Numbered from the stretch's first letter, positions 1 through 11,366 are shown. The stretch: DNA of 64,000 nucleotides from Longimicrobiales bacterium (GCA_965219445.1 CBDCNQ010000005.1:1312001-1376000), one strand, 5' to 3'. Notes: generated by a model from the sequence alone, not told the origin. Numbers and translations: made by a program.

Positions 1-674
1 CCTATTCTGCCCCAGGCCGTATAGGTGGGTGAGCCCCCCGGGGACTCGACCACAATAGCCAGGCGCCGGAGGCCGGTAACGAACATCCACTCGCCCGGTT
101 GGGGACCCTCTCTCAGGCGTGCCCGGTTCATGTCCAGCACCAGTCCTGGAACCCGTTGGTCCCCGAAGATGGCCGCGCCCTGATGTAGCCTGAACGTTTC
201 CCCCCGATTCCCGCTCCAATCCGACACCCCCTCATCGATCACGACCTCGAGTTGCCTCTGTCCCTCCTCAAACAGGATCCGCTCCAGGGTGCCGCCCGCA
301 CCGACGACGAGATCCATGGGGCCTCGCGGTTGAATTCGGAACGGCGTCCGGGTCGGCCCGGCAGTCCACTCATCGTGGAAGAAAGGCTCCCATAGTCCCG
401 CTCGAGCGAGCCAGCCCTCCGTCGACCGCTCCACACCTTCCGCGGAGGAGGAGGTCTGGAAAAACCACGGCACGACGATGGCGCTATCGGCGTCCACCGT
501 CATGAACACTACGTTCCTTTCGTAGAGGCCGTCCTCGATGTTCCGTTCCGCATTCGCGCTCGGTTGTAGACCCGGCTCGGTTACCGGTGGCGCGGGGGCA
601 TCTCCGCGGCAGGCGGACAGAAGTGCGCAGAGTGCGAGGGAGGCACGACCGTGAATGGCCAACCCTTCCCGCAT
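1..674 (-). CDS. Hypothetical lipoprotein, 3' end beyond window
   Basis: Manual translation from ATG at 674, which overlaps the upstream TGA: MREGLAIHGRASLALCALLSAC... with lipobox-like LSAC; frame stays open to the window edge. Confidence 0.65.
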   Translation of the reverse strand, partial: MREGLAIHGRASLALCALLSACRGDAPAPPVTEPGLQPSANAERNIEDGLYERNVVFMTVDADSAIVVPWFFQTSSSAEGVERSTEGWLARAGLWEPFFHDEWTAGPTRTPFRIQPRGPMDLVVGAGGTLERILFEEGQRQLEVVIDEGVSDWSGNRGETFRLHQGAAIFGDQRVPGLVLDMNRARLREGPQPGEWMFVTGLRRLAIVVESPGGSPTYTAWGRI

Positions 675-1123
675 CAGGCCTGTCGGGTCAGGCGTGCGGT
701 TTCCCGCGGATCAAGGATCTTGCCGTGCCCGGCGTCGAGTAACCGATCGAGTTTCTTGAAAAATCGCCCGACGCGGCGGGCGTTCATGCCCAGATCCCCG
801 CGACGCTTCTTGGAGCCGGCTCGAACGTCGACCCGAGTCAGCCCGTTCTCGTCCAGCCCGACACGAATTTCGAGAATGTCTTCGAAGCGGAAGACCAGGG
901 TGGTACATCGAACCCGAATAAAGCCCACGAGATCGTCCGCCTGCAGCAGTCTCCAGCGGTTGTGCTCGGCGACGAATTTCAAACAGGTGCGCCAGACTTC
1001 CTCGAACGGGATGGCGTAGGTTCGGCCGATCAGCCGCGGGTCCTCGGACCAGGGGTTGGTTTCAGCCCGATACTTTGTCAGAGCTCTGGCGAGGCGTGAC
1101 GTGAACAAACGCTTACCCTCCAA
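674..1123 (-). CDS. DUF1499-like protein
   Basis: TTLVFRFEDILEIRV...VDVRAGSKKRRGDLGMNARRV resembles the DUF1499 C-terminal motif (S..G..D.G.N..R). Confidence 0.65.
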   Translation of the reverse strand: MEGKRLFTSRLARALTKYRAETNPWSEDPRLIGRTYAIPFEEVWRTCLKFVAEHNRWRLLQADDLVGFIRVRCTTLVFRFEDILEIRVGLDENGLTRVDVRAGSKKRRGDLGMNARRVGRFFKKLDRLLDAGHGKILDPRETARLTRQA

Positions 1124-1221
1124 TGCGATAACGAATGGGGGTCGCTCTCTTGACCCGGACTCGCTGCCAGTGTTCCATAGTGTCTCGACGGTCCTCGTTC
1201 GTAGAAACCATAGCCATATTC

Positions 1222-2223
1222 ATGAAAGCGATTATTCCGCTCGCTGGAAAGGGTACTCGTCTCCGTCCGCACACGCTTGTCACGCCCAAACCGCTGATTC
1301 GTGTCGCCGGACGGCCGGTCATGAGCTACATCCTCGATGACCTGGCCGAGCTCGGAGTGAACGAAATCGTCTTCGTGGTCGGTTACATGCGAGAGGCCAT
1401 CGAGAGCTACGTTGCCGAGGCGTATCCGGACATCACGGCTCACTACGTTGTCCAGGAAATTCAGGACGGGACCGCCGGCGCCGTACAGCTGGCGGAGCCG
1501 TACGTGGACGAGGATGTCCTCATCCTCTTCGTGGACACCCTCTTCGATGCGGATCTCGGGCTGGTTCACGGCGTTCCCGAGACCACGGGGGGCATCATCT
1601 GGGCCAAGGAGGTCGAGGATTACCAGCGCTACGGTGTGATCCTCATCGACGAGGAGGGCCACATGCTCCGAATCGTCGAGAAACCCTCGGAGCCGATCTC
1701 CAAGCTCGCCAACATCGGCCTCTATTACATGAAGGACTGGCAGCTCCTTTTCGAGGGAATCCACCACACACTCGACGCCGACCCCGGACCGTCCGGGGAG
1801 TTCTATCTGACCGACGCCTTCCAGTACATGGTCGACCACGGCTCGAAGATCCAGGTCGCGCCTGTAGCGGGCTGGTACGACTGCGGGAAGCCGGAGACCC
1901 TACTCGACACGAATCGGCATTTGCTACTCGGAGGGCGGGGGGGAATCGCGGACTCTGCGACCGTGGAGGGCTCGACGGTGAACGATCCCGTTCGCGTGGA
2001 GCAGGGTGCCGTGGTGCGCAACACGTTGCTCGGGCCTAACGTGACGGTTGAAGCGGGAGCCCAAGTCGAAGACTCCACCGTGTCCGACACCATTCTGGGC
2101 TCTGGCTGCACGGTCATCGGCTCCACGCTCCGCGGCTCTCTCGTGGGCGCGGAGTCGAGGGTCATGGCGTACCGGGGACGGCTCAGTCTCGGCGACCACT
2201 CGGAGGTGGAGGGGGAGGGCTAG
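1222..2223 (+). CDS. Sugar-phosphate nucleotidyltransferase (glucose-1-phosphate thymidylyltransferase-like, with left-handed beta-helix tail)
   Basis: MKAIIPLAGKGTRLRPHT..PKPL, EKP, WYDCG motifs; C-terminal hexapeptide-like repeats. Confidence 0.9.
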   Translation: MKAIIPLAGKGTRLRPHTLVTPKPLIRVAGRPVMSYILDDLAELGVNEIVFVVGYMREAIESYVAEAYPDITAHYVVQEIQDGTAGAVQLAEPYVDEDVLILFVDTLFDADLGLVHGVPETTGGIIWAKEVEDYQRYGVILIDEEGHMLRIVEKPSEPISKLANIGLYYMKDWQLLFEGIHHTLDADPGPSGEFYLTDAFQYMVDHGSKIQVAPVAGWYDCGKPETLLDTNRHLLLGGRGGIADSATVEGSTVNDPVRVEQGAVVRNTLLGPNVTVEAGAQVEDSTVSDTILGSGCTVIGSTLRGSLVGAESRVMAYRGRLSLGDHSEVEGEG

Positions 2224-2232
2224 AGCGGGCTG

Positions 2233-3447
2233 TCAGGCCAGCCCGGACACCAGCAGAACAGTTTGGAGCGCCCGCTGGATTCCCACCGGACCGCCTTCGT
2301 TGCGATACCACTCACGGGTGGTGTGGACTTCTCCCGCCGAACCGCCGGCTCCCAGAGTGATCGCCGGGATTCCCAGCGACATTGGAAGGTTTGCGTCGGT
2401 CGAGGCAGCCGTGACCTGTGGCTCGACCCCCGACGCGCGTGTGGCTGCGAGCGCGGCCTCCACGAGCGGGGAATCCAAGTCCGTGGCGCCGGTCGGTCGG
2501 TGGCCCACCATGCGCACCTCGAGGGCGAGCCGACCATTCCGCCCGGTCACACCGGAGTTCTCCTCGGCCAGGGACCGATCCATCACTGCCCGTAGACGCT
2601 CTTCGCCATCGGCGAGATGCCGACTCGATTCACTCCGAAGGTCCAATTCGGCCCAGGCCTCGGCCGGGACCGCGTTGACGCTCGTCCCTCCCCCCCACCT
2701 TGCTACCGTGAGACTCAGTGGCGGATCCGTCGGTGTCGGCCACGACGCCAGGGCGCCCACTGCACGCCCGATCGCGTGAATCGGATTGGGTGAGCTCCGG
2801 TCGATCCACGAGTGTCCCCCCCGACCGCGGAGGGCGACCCGAAAGCGCCGTGCTCCCAGGCCTTTCGTCACCACGTAGTTGAGTCCAGCTCCGTCCAGAG
2901 AGATGAAGCCGGCGGCCGCCGACGCCAAGCCACCGGTACGGAAGAGGTGGCGCACACCGCGGAGGTCTCCACTCCCCTCTTCCCCGACCGTAGCGGCGAA
3001 CAGGATGGGATGGCGGGTGGTGATGCCCGTCTGCGACAGGGCCCTAGCGACCGTCACCAGGGCGGCAAGGCCCCGCGCATCGTCGGAGATACCCGGAGCC
3101 CGCAGCACCTTGCCGTCGGCGTGTACCGTCAGGTCCGTGCCGGCCGGGAAAACGGTGTCCAGGTGCGCCGACAGGACCAGCGGCTCTCGATCCTCCACTC
3201 CAGGACGGAGCGCCAAAACATTACCCACCGCGTCCCGCTCAACGTTGGTCAGGCCCGCCTCACCGAGGAGCTCCGCCAGACGGCGCCCTCGGGTCTCCTC
3301 GCCGAACGGCGGGGCCGGGATCTGTGTGAGATCGATCTGGTGGACGAGCGTCTGGTCGTCCGTGGCGACGATGTGCTCGTTCGCCGCTCGGACGTCCCCT
3401 TGCTCCAGCAGCTGGGTAACGGACAGCATCGTGTCGGGCAACATCAA
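2233..3447 (-). CDS. M20/M25/M40 family metallopeptidase
   Basis: SAHLDTVF, DD, GEEG, GGHSW, STDAN and C-terminal H motifs. Confidence 0.88.
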   Translation of the reverse strand: MMLPDTMLSVTQLLEQGDVRAANEHIVATDDQTLVHQIDLTQIPAPPFGEETRGRRLAELLGEAGLTNVERDAVGNVLALRPGVEDREPLVLSAHLDTVFPAGTDLTVHADGKVLRAPGISDDARGLAALVTVARALSQTGITTRHPILFAATVGEEGSGDLRGVRHLFRTGGLASAAAGFISLDGAGLNYVVTKGLGARRFRVALRGRGGHSWIDRSSPNPIHAIGRAVGALASWPTPTDPPLSLTVARWGGGTSVNAVPAEAWAELDLRSESSRHLADGEERLRAVMDRSLAEENSGVTGRNGRLALEVRMVGHRPTGATDLDSPLVEAALAATRASGVEPQVTAASTDANLPMSLGIPAITLGAGGSAGEVHTTREWYRNEGGPVGIQRALQTVLLVSGLA

Positions 3448-3547
3448 GGGAAGCTCGGGGCCGACTCCTGCTCCGTCAAACTCGGGGGCGTGGGCGAGTG
3501 CCGTGACGCCGTGCGTTCCTGTATCTTGAGCTCCCCCGATCGCGGAG

Positions 3548-4252
3548 GTGACGATGAAATGCTGGGTCGGTACGAGTGGCTTTTCCTACAAGGAGTGGAA
3601 GGGCTCCTTCTATCCGGAGGATCTCTCCAATGATCGGATGCTCGCTTATTACGGAGAGCGGCTGAACGCCGTCGAGATCAACAACACCTTCTATCGAATG
3701 CCCAAGCGGACGACGCTCGCCGATTGGGCGGGTAAGGTTCCGGACGACTTCTCGTTCGTGCTCAAGGCATCCCGCAAGATCACGCATTTCAAGAGGCTCA
3801 AGGACACCCAGGACGAACTGGGTTATCTCGTGGATGTGTCCACTGAGCTCGGCGCGCGCCTAGGCCCCATCCTCTTCCAGCTTCCGCCCAACCTGAAGAT
3901 CGACGTGGAGCGTCTACGGGACTTCGTGTCCCTCTTTCCGGCGGGGCTCCGGGCCGCCTTCGAGTTCCGGCACGACTCCTGGTTTGCCGACGAGACCTAT
4001 AGCGTACTCGGTGACGCGGGGGCGGCCCTCGTCACGGCGGACACGGGGACGGATGAGCCGGCGGACGTGGTCGCGACGGCTCCATACGGGTACCTGCGTC
4101 TGCGTCGAGAGGCCTACGAGCCGGGTGACGTGGCCCGCTGGGCGCGCGTCGTCTCGGATCAGGAGTGGGAGGACGCCTTCGTCTTCTTCAAACACGAAGA
4201 CGCGGGTGCCGGTCCCGCGCTCGCGGAGCGCTTCGTGGCCGAACTCGCGTGA
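3548..4252 (+). CDS. DUF72 domain protein
   Basis: VGTSGFSYKEWKGSFYP, VEINNTFYRMP, LFQLPP, EFRH.SW. Confidence 0.92.
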   Translation: MTMKCWVGTSGFSYKEWKGSFYPEDLSNDRMLAYYGERLNAVEINNTFYRMPKRTTLADWAGKVPDDFSFVLKASRKITHFKRLKDTQDELGYLVDVSTELGARLGPILFQLPPNLKIDVERLRDFVSLFPAGLRAAFEFRHDSWFADETYSVLGDAGAALVTADTGTDEPADVVATAPYGYLRLRREAYEPGDVARWARVVSDQEWEDAFVFFKHEDAGAGPALAERFVAELA

Positions 4253-4268
4253 CTCACCGGCCGCCCAT

Positions 4269-4298
4269 CGCGACCCGCCCCCCTTTCCGATCACCCTT

Positions 4299-4302
<4 letters not shown>
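4269..4302. repeat. Solo MITE terminal repeat
   Basis: cgcgacccgcccccctttccgatcacccttCTAG closely matches the ends of the 35817-36117 element. Confidence 0.75.
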
Positions 4303-5090
<788 letters not shown>

Positions 5091-5102
5091 TCGTTCAACT
5101 CC

Positions 5103-5474
5103 CTAGCCGCGCAGATAGTCATCCGCCCCCGTCAGCCAGTCCTGCCTGGGAGGCACGAATATGTCCAGATCCAGGGTGTCCTCCAGCGCCTCCGCGCTGT
5201 GAGGGACGTTGGACGGAATATGTAGCACCTCTCCGGCGTGCACGACCACCTCCTCCGATTGATCGTCTCCGATCCGGAAGAGCAGGGCCCCCTCGAGAAC
5301 GTAGGCGAATTGCTCGTTCTCGTGGCTGTGCTTGGGCACAACGACTCCCTTGTCGATGTAAATGTGGGCGAGCATGCCCTTCTCTCCGTTCACCCAGTTC
5401 CGGCTCAAACCGGGTTTGAGCTCCTCCTTGGGGAGGCTCTCCCATGAAACGTGTCGAACAGGGGAATCACTCAT
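5103..5474 (-). CDS. Cupin domain protein
   Basis: PKHSHENEQ and IPSNVPH cupin motifs. Confidence 0.9.
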   Translation of the reverse strand: MSDSPVRHVSWESLPKEELKPGLSRNWVNGEKGMLAHIYIDKGVVVPKHSHENEQFAYVLEGALLFRIGDDQSEEVVVHAGEVLHIPSNVPHSAEALEDTLDLDIFVPPRQDWLTGADDYLRG

Positions 5475-5659
5475 GTTGGGATCCGGTCGGGGTTGGCTGG
5501 TCGCAGTCCAGCGTTGGGCGCTGATGATCAGCGTTGGGAGCTAATAGAACCGCCCTGGTTTGGTGGGGGCAAGATGGCCTGCGGGGATGTGGTTGGAACA
5601 GCCTCCCGGGGTGAAGGATTTGCTTGGAGTCGCTACCTCTCCTCTCCCAAGGATATGCA

Positions 5660-6727
5660 ATGATCCGCGTCTCTTCTAAACCCGTTCGGACTCTCATGAT
5701 GAGCCTGACTGTTGCGGTTCTATTGCAGCCGCTCGAGACACAGTCGCTGGAGGCTTCTACACAGGAACGTCCGAGTATAGCGGGGTCCGATGCGTGGAAG
5801 ACCGATTTCAGCAGGCACACGGTGCCCTTCGAGGAGTTTGTGTCCGGTGGCCCACCGAAGGACGGCATCCGTTCCGTTGATAATCCGTCGTTCATCACGG
5901 TCCGGGAGGCCGATGGGTGGCTGGCCGACCGGGATCCGGTAGCCCTGATGAGCCTGAACGGGGAGGCCAAGGCCTATCCACTTTCGATCCTGATTTGGCA
6001 TGAGATCGTGAACGACGAGATCGGTGGACGCCCCGTGAGCGTCACGTACTGTCCTCTTTGCAACACGACCATCGCGTTCGATCGGGAATTTCGGGGTAGG
6101 ACCTTGGACTTCGGTACCACGGGCCGGCTTCGTCACTCCGACCTGGTCATGTACGACCGGCAGACCGAGACCTGGTGGCAGCAGGCCACGGGTGAGGGGC
6201 TCGTAGGGGAGCACGCCGGAGAGCAGCTCACCTTCATGCCCATCACGGTCATGAGTTGGAGAGCCGTGAAGGAGCAGAGACCGTCGGCTCGGGTGCTTTC
6301 TAGGGACACGGGATTTCCCCGAACCTTTACGCGGCGTTACGGCACCAGTCCGTACGAGGGCTACGATCGCGGGAGCGGTCCCTGGCGGCAGTTCTTCCGC
6401 TTCGGGCGGGAGGACGGACGGCTCCCCGCCATGGAGCGTATCGTCGCTCTAGAAGACGGCAATGAGCATCTGGCAGTGCCGTTTTCGGTCCTGGCCGAGA
6501 AGCGCGTCGCCAACGTCGAGGTCGGTGGTCTCGATGTCGTGGTGTTCTGGGCTCCCGGAACGGCCAGTGCCGTGGACAACTCGACGATTGCCAGGGGTCG
6601 AGACGTGGGTTCGTCCAGCACGTTCTCTCCCGAGTTCGGCGGGCGCCGCTTGACGTTCGAGCCGGCGTGTTCCGTCCCGAGACGGAGATTTGGCGGGGGC
6701 GTTAGGAAGGCCTCAACAGCCTTCTGA
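5660..6727 (+). CDS. DUF3179 domain protein, probably 3'-truncated
   Basis: [43 protein letters not shown]; family-like sequence stops at ...LTFEPA (~6667). Confidence 0.8.
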   Translation: MIRVSSKPVRTLMMSLTVAVLLQPLETQSLEASTQERPSIAGSDAWKTDFSRHTVPFEEFVSGGPPKDGIRSVDNPSFITVREADGWLADRDPVALMSLNGEAKAYPLSILIWHEIVNDEIGGRPVSVTYCPLCNTTIAFDREFRGRTLDFGTTGRLRHSDLVMYDRQTETWWQQATGEGLVGEHAGEQLTFMPITVMSWRAVKEQRPSARVLSRDTGFPRTFTRRYGTSPYEGYDRGSGPWRQFFRFGREDGRLPAMERIVALEDGNEHLAVPFSVLAEKRVANVEVGGLDVVVFWAPGTASAVDNSTIARGRDVGSSSTFSPEFGGRRLTFEPACSVPRRRFGGGVRKASTAF

Positions 6728-6798
6728 AGTTCCCTAGCCCGGTGCGGCCGGTTGTGCGATCCTTGATTTCACCGGGTTGGTGGAATCGAGGAGAACTC

Positions 6799-7227
6799 GT
6801 GTCCGACAGATCCAACATCTCCGAGGCCCGCTGGCGAGAGATTCTCACGCCAGAGCAGTTCGAGATCCTGAGAGAAAAGGGCACCGAGCGGGCCTTCACA
6901 GGCGCCTACTGTGACGTCAAGGATCCCGGAACCTATCGATGCGCGGGCTGCAGCGAGGCCTTGTTCAGCTCGGAGTCCAAATTCGATTCGGGCAGTGGCT
7001 GGCCGAGCTTCTACGAGGCGATCGAGGGCGGACGGGTCCGGACAGAGGAGGATCACACCCTCGGGATGCGACGGGTGGAGGTCCTGTGTGCTAGCTGTGA
7101 CGGGCATCTGGGGCACGTCTTCCCCGACGGCCCGGCCCCAACGGGTGTCCGTTACTGCATCAACTCGGCGGCGCTGGCGCTGGACCCGGAAGAAGCGCCG
7201 GATGAAAAAGCTTCCTCCGAGGAGTGA
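6799..7227 (+). CDS. msrB: Peptide-methionine (R)-S-oxide reductase
   Basis: [35 protein letters not shown], two CxxC; GTG start after GAGGAG. Confidence 0.96.
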   Translation: MSDRSNISEARWREILTPEQFEILREKGTERAFTGAYCDVKDPGTYRCAGCSEALFSSESKFDSGSGWPSFYEAIEGGRVRTEEDHTLGMRRVEVLCASCDGHLGHVFPDGPAPTGVRYCINSAALALDPEEAPDEKASSEE

Positions 7228-7231
7228 GCCC

Positions 7232-7819
7232 ATGAAGGTAGGCACGCTGCTTGCAGCAGTCTTGGCGTTCGGGTGCGGTGGAAACGCCCCAGCCCCGGTC
7301 GCGGGAGATTCCGAGGGATTCGTACCGGATCTACGCGGCAGGCAGGTGATGGTGTTCCCCGTGCAGATCCAGGCGGGCGTCCCGGGAGACGCTAACCCTG
7401 AAATCGTTTTTGCGCTTCAGGCCAGAGGGGCGGAGGTCGATTGGATTTTTCCGAACGAGCTCGAGGCCCTTCTGGCGCGCTCTCCGTCGGTCGACAGCGC
7501 GGTGAGAGGACTGCCCGTGGGCATCTTTCTCAGGGCCGAGGTACAGCGGATCGGTGATCCGCTGTACGGTCAGCTTCGCCGACTGGCCGCGCTGACAGGC
7601 TCGGACATCGCCTTGATTCCGGTGGCGGTCCGCCCTGGAGCGGAGGGGGTGGGAGGGGTGTCGGTCGTTGAGATCGCCGCGACCCTCTTGAATGTACGGA
7701 CCGGACAGGTGATCTGGTTCGGGATCGTTGCGGGCAGGCCGGGCTCGGTCGCCGACTTCGGGTCGGTGGCCTCCGCGGTGGAGGCCTTGGCCGAAACGTT
7801 GTTGTGGTATCTGCAGTAA
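7232..7819 (+). CDS. Hypothetical lipoprotein
   Basis: MKVGTLLAAVLAFGC signal/lipobox; follows msrB directly. Confidence 0.7.
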   Translation: MKVGTLLAAVLAFGCGGNAPAPVAGDSEGFVPDLRGRQVMVFPVQIQAGVPGDANPEIVFALQARGAEVDWIFPNELEALLARSPSVDSAVRGLPVGIFLRAEVQRIGDPLYGQLRRLAALTGSDIALIPVAVRPGAEGVGGVSVVEIAATLLNVRTGQVIWFGIVAGRPGSVADFGSVASAVEALAETLLWYLQ

Positions 7820-7878
7820 GAAGTGACACAAGTTGGAACAGAGTGACAACGATAATTAAATAGCGACGGGATGTTTCG

Positions 7879-8385
7879 ATGACCCTTGAAGCGATTATAG
7901 ATGTGCTGGCCGTGAGCCTCATCCTTGCTCCCCTAGGGTGCGGGGAGGCCGATCTTGCCTTGCCCTCTGAGAACGACGTGGGGGCTCACTACGTGAGTGC
8001 GTCCGACGTATCCGTCCGCATGAGCGGCAACATCGCGGAGCTCACGGTCGATCAGCCCCTCCGGCAGGTGCGCAGGGGCGGCTCTCTTTGGGCCAAGGTC
8101 GGACCCTACATCTACCTTTTCTCGGACCAGACGGAGACTCTGTTACGGGAGTACCCTGCGTTGTCCGGTGTTCGGGTTATCACACGTACGGGCCGGGACG
8201 AGACGGAAGTGGCGCGAGCCTTTCTCCACAGGGATTCGTTGAACGAGCTCACCTGGAGACGTGCGAGGAACATCGCAGGGAAGGCCCGGACGGAGGGGAC
8301 CCGGCGTCCCGTGCTGTTGGAAGACCTCGTCGAGTGGGGTCAAGAACATACAGAGTTCGGGTACAGCGAGGAGTTCATCAAGTAG
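7879..8385 (+). CDS. Hypothetical lipoprotein
   Basis: Hydrophobic N-terminus ending PLGC; protein-like composition; same-strand operon. Confidence 0.65.
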   Translation: MTLEAIIDVLAVSLILAPLGCGEADLALPSENDVGAHYVSASDVSVRMSGNIAELTVDQPLRQVRRGGSLWAKVGPYIYLFSDQTETLLREYPALSGVRVITRTGRDETEVARAFLHRDSLNELTWRRARNIAGKARTEGTRRPVLLEDLVEWGQEHTEFGYSEEFIK

Positions 8386-8406
8386 GCTTGTGATGAAGGC
8401 GCTGAT

Positions 8407-8745
8407 GTGATTCGCAAGGACCTCCACGCCCTCGAGGCGACGTGCCGGCGTTGCCGTCAGACCAAGCCCCGGCAGGACCTCGATCGGCTGCTCTGGTGCG
8501 AGGCCTGCGTGGCGAAGGCTCACGCCCGTGCCGTCTCTCAGAGCTGGTATGTCGGCCTCGTGGTTGCGGTGGTGCTGGCGCTGTGGATCTGGCTGTACAT
8601 CCAACCCTCGAACCTGGTGATCGGCGGGTGGATCGGAACGGTCGTGGGCGCCCTCTACGTGAGTTCGCGGGTGGCGCGCGAGGTGATCTACGCAGTTGCG
8701 CGGATACGTGGCGGTCCCGACGTGGAGGCGGTCCCTCCCGAGTAG
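8407..8745 (+). CDS. Small membrane protein with two CxxC motifs
   Basis: CRRC...CEAC followed by two hydrophobic helices. Confidence 0.65.
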   Translation: MIRKDLHALEATCRRCRQTKPRQDLDRLLWCEACVAKAHARAVSQSWYVGLVVAVVLALWIWLYIQPSNLVIGGWIGTVVGALYVSSRVAREVIYAVARIRGGPDVEAVPPE

Positions 8746-8805
8746 GGGATGTACTAAGTTTCTCCTTCTGATTTCGGGCGCTCGAACCCAGAGTGAGGCA
8801 CACGT

Positions 8806-9990
8806 ATGGTCGGCAAATTCCAGGGGACGGACTTCTACGACGTGGACTCGCTCCTGAGTGAGGAGGAGCGCATGATCCGCGACACGGTCCGTGAGTGGGT
8901 CGAGGAGCGCGTCATACCCCTCATCGGCCAGGCGTACATCGAGCGGCGCTTCCCCAATGAGCTCATCCCCGACTTGGGTGAGATGGGCATGCTGGGCGCG
9001 AATCTTCCGGAGGAGTACGGGTGCGCCGGCCTCAACAACATGGCGTACGGTCTCATCGCCCAGGAGCTCGAGCGGGGCGACTCCGGTATCCGTTCCTTCG
9101 TTTCGGTACAGAGCGGTCTGGTCATGTATCCCATCCTTGCCTTCGGGAGCGAGGAGCAAAAGCAGGAGTGGCTGCCCGGGCTGGCTGCGGCTGAGAAGAT
9201 CGGCTGTTTCGGACTCAGCGAGCCCGACTACGGGTCGAATCCGGCGGGCATGATCACCACCGCCAAGAAGACCGACGACGGGTGGCTGCTGAACGGCACC
9301 AAGATGTGGATCACCAACGGGTCCATGGCGGATGTCGCCATCGTCTGGGCGCAAACAGGTGAAATCGGCGACGCCAAAGGGATCCGCGGATTCGTTGTCC
9401 CCACGGATGTCGACGGTTTCTCCGCCCGAGACCAGAAGGGAAAACTGTCGCTGCTGGCGTCCGATACGAGCGAGCTGCATCTGGAGGACATCCACCTTCC
9501 CGACCGCGCCCTTCTGCCCGAGAGCGACGGGCTCAAGAGCCCTCTCGAGTGCCTCACCCAAGCCCGCTTCGGCATCGCCTTCGGTGCGGTGGGCGCCGCG
9601 ATGGCTTGCTTCGACGAGGCCAGCAGCTACTCAAAGGAGCGGGTGATGTTCGACGGTCCCATCGGGGGCAAGCAGATCCAGCAAATCCGGCTGGCGGATA
9701 TGCTGACCAAGATCACGCAAGCCCAGCTCCTGTGCGTACAGCTCGGCCGGCTCAAGGACGCCGGCACCATGACGCCCCAGCAGGTGTCCCTCGCCAAGCG
9801 CGCCAACGTCGACATGGCCTGCGACATCGCCCGGGAGGCCCGGCGGCTCCTGGGCGCCAACGGCATACTGATCGAGTATCACTCGATGCGGCACATGGCC
9901 AACCTGGAATCGGTTTACACGTACGAGGGCACGCACGACATCCACGGGCTGGTTCTGGGGCAAGCGGTGACGGGGATCGCGGCGTACTGA
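8806..9990 (+). CDS. Acyl-CoA dehydrogenase (glutaryl-CoA dehydrogenase-like)
   Basis: ELERGDSG.RS, GCFGLSEPD.GS, KMWITNG, RHMANLESVYTYEGTHDIH. Confidence 0.93.
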   Translation: MVGKFQGTDFYDVDSLLSEEERMIRDTVREWVEERVIPLIGQAYIERRFPNELIPDLGEMGMLGANLPEEYGCAGLNNMAYGLIAQELERGDSGIRSFVSVQSGLVMYPILAFGSEEQKQEWLPGLAAAEKIGCFGLSEPDYGSNPAGMITTAKKTDDGWLLNGTKMWITNGSMADVAIVWAQTGEIGDAKGIRGFVVPTDVDGFSARDQKGKLSLLASDTSELHLEDIHLPDRALLPESDGLKSPLECLTQARFGIAFGAVGAAMACFDEASSYSKERVMFDGPIGGKQIQQIRLADMLTKITQAQLLCVQLGRLKDAGTMTPQQVSLAKRANVDMACDIAREARRLLGANGILIEYHSMRHMANLESVYTYEGTHDIHGLVLGQAVTGIAAY

Positions 9991-10018
9991 GGGGGAGGGG
10001 AGCCGATCCGGTCGACAC

Positions 10019-10046
10019 TTGACCGCCTCTGGGGGTCGGGTAGCTT
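10019..10046 (+). promoter_or_regulatory. Putative sigma70 promoter of the tRNA
   Basis: TTGACC-N16-TAGCTT about 25 nt upstream of the tRNA. Confidence 0.5.
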
Positions 10047-10070
10047 TTGACGCTCTCCCTTTGGGGAGAC

Positions 10071-10143
10071 GCCTCGCTAGCTCAACTGGCAGAGCAACTG
10101 ATTCTTAATCAGTAGGTTCGGGGTTCGAGTCCCTGGCGGGGCA
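10071..10143 (+). tRNA. tRNA-Lys(CTT)
   Basis: Acceptor GCCTCGC/GCGGGGC, D-arm TAGCTCAACTGGCAGAGC, anticodon arm CTGA-TTCTTAA-TCAG, T-loop GTTCGAGT; CCA not encoded. Confidence 0.95.
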
Positions 10144-10583
10144 CTGCAAGGGGCTCCGTGATCCACCCTCCGGGCCGCCTCTCTCCTGTTATCCATACCA
10201 GCTTCGTGGCGGGAGAACGGGACACTAGACCTCCTGTGAAGGGCGGCCGCCGATAGATGGATCGCCCCTCTCCCCGTCCCTTCGGCCGGCGATTCCACTT
10301 GACCCCTTGGGCGACGACGCCTGTTATACCGTAGTGACGCGCCGGAGTTCGAAGCCGTCGCCAGATCCAGATAAGGTGGTCCAACATATTGTACCGAACT
10401 CGCTTAGTCGTTGACATGGAGTGGTTCATTCGCCCTGGCATGCCAGCCCGCCAGCACAGTGCGCGCGCGTGAAGGAGGTTCCCATGCGTCTCAAGGCTTG
10501 CGCGCGATCAGGCTCTATCGGACCAGTCGGTCGCGCTTATCGAGACAGGGCGGGTCAAGGGGAGTTATCGAGAGGGGAGACCA

Positions 10584-11366
10584 ATGAACGAATCGCAAGA
10601 CAGCTCACTATCCTGTTCGTTCACCAATCTCGCGAGTGCAATTGAGGAGCCGGATTCACTCGTGCGCGAGATGACATTTACGAATAGGGAAATCCTCTTT
10701 CAAATTCCGACAGTCGACTTTGCATTTCAGGTGCTTGAAGCAGCAAAGGCTACCCTCCTCCTGCAACTGACTGCTGTGCCGAGGACAAATTGGGCAACAG
10801 CTCGACTTGCGTTCGAATCAGTGCACGACCTGTTCTATCTCATGAATCTTTGTCCTGATCGCCAAGCTGCAGGCGCGAAGATCTACGTGGGAGCGATGAT
10901 CGCGAGGAAACGGGCTCATGACAGGTTGCGCGGTTTGGCAGAGATTCAGGAGGAGGACGTCGAGAGCGAAGTGCCGGGACTCCGGGACTACGTCCGGGCC
11001 CAAGCGAAGGAGATAGAGGAGATCGATCCGGGGGCTGAGGAAGCTATCGTGCGGGCCCTCGAGGAGAGACTCCGCGGCGGAGACCATCATTGGTCGGGAT
11101 TACCGAGACGCCAGATGACCAAGCGTATCAGAGACGAGCTCCACAATCGTGAACTCGCGGAGATGTTCGAAGCCTATTATTACGTGCTGTCCGTCAAAGC
11201 GCATCCAAGCCTACGTATTGGTGATGCGGTAAGGCTCGAACGAGGGCATCTTAGAATCATCCCAGATCCGCCGGATGACGCTACGTGCGGGGTAGCGTGT
11301 GCCGCAGTGCAAACCGCTGTGCAATTGCTGAAGGATCACTCCGATGGGTCTTCCAGTCGTCCATAA
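10584..11366 (+). CDS. DUF5677-like hypothetical protein
   Basis: ARLAFESVHDLFYL and YYYVLSVKAHPS resemble DUF5677 motifs (R..E...Y; Y..LS..H); strong RBS GGGGAG. Confidence 0.55.
   Translation: MNESQDSSLSCSFTNLASAIEEPDSLVREMTFTNREILFQIPTVDFAFQVLEAAKATLLLQLTAVPRTNWATARLAFESVHDLFYLMNLCPDRQAAGAKIYVGAMIARKRAHDRLRGLAEIQEEDVESEVPGLRDYVRAQAKEIEEIDPGAEEAIVRALEERLRGGDHHWSGLPRRQMTKRIRDELHNRELAEMFEAYYYVLSVKAHPSLRIGDAVRLERGHLRIIPDPPDDATCGVACAAVQTAVQLLKDHSDGSSSRP

Noticed and set aside
10205..10228. GAACGGGACACTAG as another IS630-like right end
   Set aside because: Only a 7-bp match (ACACTAG), with no partner end or transposase remnant
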